A stretch of 64,000 nt of DNA from Dudresnaya verticillata (taxonomy: Eukaryota): the NCBI GenBank assembly GCA_977862235.1, contig OZ374557.1:930001-994000 (forward strand), read 5' to 3'. The translations under genes were made by a program, and so were the position numbers. The notes under the pieces were generated by a model. That model saw only the letters and a list, made by a program, of their open reading frames with translations, made no database searches and was not told the origin of the DNA. Shown here one piece after another: positions 61,051 through 64,000 of the stretch; the first letter of the stretch is position 1; each line of letters starts with the position of its first letter.

Positions 61051-61991
61051 TAGCTGAAGCTGGAGAATAGAGAAAGAAGAAAAATTCAAGCTGGGGCAGC
61101 AGAAACCTCTCCAAATCTCGTTCTGAAGTATTTGCGTGACGCTTCAGGATATGGAGGCGGTGGCGGTTCGATCGGGTGGTCCAGATCAATAAAGGTGCTC
61201 ACGCCCGCCATGGAACGGTTTTGAGAAATGCGTGTGGCTGATGAAACCGAAACCTACGGAATGGAGGCGGTTCCAGTTTGCATCTCCCGTTTGGAGATAC
61301 ATTAGTGCAGATTGGGCGCGTATGCCATCTTTATTCGAAAATTAACTTAAAAACTCGCCTTCTGGCCGTACGCCGCTAGACATAGCAAGACCGTAATCAT
61401 GCAAAGCGACACCCGGAAATTGACTCCACCACCCGGAACCGACACATTCGCGTCAAGTGTCCCTCCGCCGTACCTCGCCTCATCGTTTTTTCTTCCCTCT
61501 CCAGTGATCTGTTTGCCTCGGCGGTTTCTCAACCCGTTTCTTCACCTGATCGGCTCTGTTTGCTGCACCGAAGACGCTATAGTCGACGTCCTATTGTTGC
61601 GGAATCGATTCTTTGCAGCTCCCCGTTCTTCAGCCCGGACAAGTGTATTGCCGGGCAACGCCGCTTGCCGCTCAAGAATTCATCCACAGCTCATAGTCAT
61701 CACGTGCTTGTCAGTAGCTCCGCTCTCTCCGGAAAAGACACTTCTTCCCAACAAGTTCTTCACGTTTTGATCGCGTTGCGGTGTGGACTCATCGTGTCGC
61801 CGAACACACGGTTTCATCTGCAGTCCTGGCATAGTTCTGTGGAGTGAGGACTCGGCTTCACCATCGAACTTTGTTTACTCTCCGGTGTTTGATACTGGAT
61901 ATTTCGGCCTACAGCGTCAACGGTTCAAGAGGAATATCCAATCTGTAGCGTTGTGGTATTGACATTCTTACGGCGAAATCTACTTCATCAA

Positions 61992-63485
61992 ATGGGGGGT
62001 GAACGGCATTCCGTACGGGCACCGGATAAACTGAAGTTTTCCCCAATGGTTCCGACGTCTCTCATGTCGTCACAAACGATCACGCATCCGCCCGAAACCC
62101 CTCCTATGTTGGACCCGTCGTCCTTGCGCAACGCACGGCCCACCCCAAATATTCGAGAGATGATACATGGTCTTGGACAGAGTTTGGCAGACCCCCAAAG
62201 CCCCATAGCCGACTTACTTGCCACGCCAGACCCCATTGCGATGTATAACTTCCTGCAGATTGGCTCTCCAATCTTGCGGGACTTTTACCCCACTCGAAGT
62301 CCATTGCCATTGGCCACTCTCAGCTATGAGCCCACTGAGTCCTTCGTGGAACGGGCGGAACGCATGTCTGGGGCACGATCGGAGATGAACGCTCTGTTCA
62401 ATTACAACAACCTAGACCCCTACGGAGGGGACTTAGGTTGCAAGTCAGACATGAATCAGGATGGCGGTACGATAAGTGCAATGTCGTCTCCTGAACTGCG
62501 AAAAATCACCACCGCTGATGAGAATGGATACACGGGCTTTGTCGCTGGAAAGGGAACCGTAAGTCGATGCGGAGCGCACTCTGTTACAGGAACCCGAGAA
62601 ACTTCAAAGCTCGATGCTGACAGTAATAGGAAATGTATTTCACAGTCTTCGTCACGGACACGACCACCTGTTGACATGGACAGCTCGCCACCTACCTCAC
62701 CGGAGGTAACGGACAAGGTGGCGACGCCAATTAGTGATGTCCCAAGCATAACAGATGAACATTCGAAGTCAACCAGAATTACTACAGGGCACAATTCAAA
62801 ACAATCCCTTGGTAACGCGATTGGACGGCGCGAACGAACAGGGAAGAGGGCTGCTAAAGCTGTCGTAATCTCATCTGGCACATCAGCATCAGTTTCGCCA
62901 GTCACAGCAAGCTACATGAGAGCACCTTCTCCTTTCACGGCAGCGCATACGATGGTCATGAATCCATTAATGGCCGCAGGCCTGATGCCGTTTGCTTGTG
63001 CATTAGCGCCAAGAATGGCCCAGCAATCGCTACAGACACGGAGCGTTAATTGCCAGGGTCGTCCCATGGCATTCGTACCGGGCTCACACGGAACGGAATT
63101 CGTTCCTATGGGTCTGCTCGCACAGACGTCCGCCACTTTGCAGTATAGTGCAGTGCAAGCAACAGAAAACAGGATGTGGAATCCTATAGGCCTTGCGGAT
63201 GGTATCCCAGCGCAGCCTGTGGCAGCGACGTTCGAGCCATTTGTGGGGAGTCGAAAGAAAATAAGAAAGCAGCTATTGGAGCGGAGTGGGTGTACTGCAG
63301 AGCAGGCACGGCAGAACCGCGCACAAGCGCTCAAAAGATTGAGACGAAAGAAAACCCTGAGAACACAGAAAAGCACAGTGAGGTATGCTTGCAGGAAACG
63401 AATAGCAATGGTGCGGCCGCGAGTTAACGGAAGGTTTGCGACAAAGGAAGAGGTGGAAGAATGCCAGCGGCAACGGCAACGCTAG
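61992..63485 (+). CDS. Host CCT-motif (CONSTANS/CO-like/TOC1) protein, ~497 aa, apparently intronless
   Basis: C-terminal RAQALKRLRRKKTLRTQKSTVRYACRKRIAMVRPRVNGRF; long intact ORF; first in-frame ATG at 61992. No B-box or receiver domain seen. Confidence 0.9.
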   Translation: MGGERHSVRAPDKLKFSPMVPTSLMSSQTITHPPETPPMLDPSSLRNARPTPNIREMIHGLGQSLADPQSPIADLLATPDPIAMYNFLQIGSPILRDFYPTRSPLPLATLSYEPTESFVERAERMSGARSEMNALFNYNNLDPYGGDLGCKSDMNQDGGTISAMSSPELRKITTADENGYTGFVAGKGTVSRCGAHSVTGTRETSKLDADSNRKCISQSSSRTRPPVDMDSSPPTSPEVTDKVATPISDVPSITDEHSKSTRITTGHNSKQSLGNAIGRRERTGKRAAKAVVISSGTSASVSPVTASYMRAPSPFTAAHTMVMNPLMAAGLMPFACALAPRMAQQSLQTRSVNCQGRPMAFVPGSHGTEFVPMGLLAQTSATLQYSAVQATENRMWNPIGLADGIPAQPVAATFEPFVGSRKKIRKQLLERSGCTAEQARQNRAQALKRLRRKKTLRTQKSTVRYACRKRIAMVRPRVNGRFATKEEVEECQRQRQR

Positions 63486-64000
63486 ATGGAGGGCTGCTTT
63501 CACTGCGGGCAATCAGCTCCTTTACATTGTCGCCCCTTTTTCGTAATAGTACTCAAGATGGACGCTCATTCTCATTTCCATCGGACTGCACACGGACTTC
63601 AGAATTTTCCTGCCGCAATCCTTTGTAAAAATCATGTACCCCGGAAGGAAAACATTCGTAATTTTCGCGACAACGGCCGCAGTGCCCAAGTACCGGCTAT
63701 GAAGGTATCAACACGAGTATACTAGCCTTTGTTTGGCTATATCTGTGTTGAACTCGAGTTGCAGCCCGTTCAGGCTGCAGAGTATGGCAGAAACATAGTG
63801 TTCCGACCTTAACCCATGATAAGAGGTAGGAATGCTGCGCTTCCACACTTTTGTCGAATATAGGGCGTTTCAGTATGGACTACCTCGAGAAGGCCTTTGA
63901 AGGCATCCATACTCTTGCAATACGAAAACAGAAATCCAGAGCTGAAGGGGTCCAGATGAGGCAAAACGGGCGCGTGTGGAGGCGAACGAGTGCTGAGGGC

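Overview
Eukaryotic, transposon-dense window, probably from a florideophyte red alga; the taxon is my inference, not a database result. About 90% is nested mobile DNA: at least five Ty3/Gypsy retrotransposons (three with a visible chromodomain; one young, full-length copy at 45047-57414 with near-identical 633-bp LTRs and a CTAAG target-site duplication), a decayed autonomous Helitron (3203-10609, minus) plus two related Helitron pieces, and a pogo-like DNA transposon (58791-61050). The only clear host gene is an intronless CCT-motif gene (61992-63485). Two observations are not explained by standard TE anatomy. (1) A ~9-kb block (14.4-23 kb) holds a tyrosine-recombinase remnant, several orphan ORFs and a decayed fusion of a ParB/Srx-like domain with a prokaryote-type beta-class DPPY DNA amino-methyltransferase. 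(2) The young chromovirus carries a large antisense ORF between pol and the 3' LTR, and a diverged homologue of that ORF sits at 25.2-26.3 kb, which points to a conserved, unannotated retrotransposon accessory gene family. A TIR-domain remnant, conserved -1 frameshift signals and tRNA-Tyr-type primer-binding sites are also visible. All domain calls come from motif recognition by eye, and boundaries of decayed elements are approximate.
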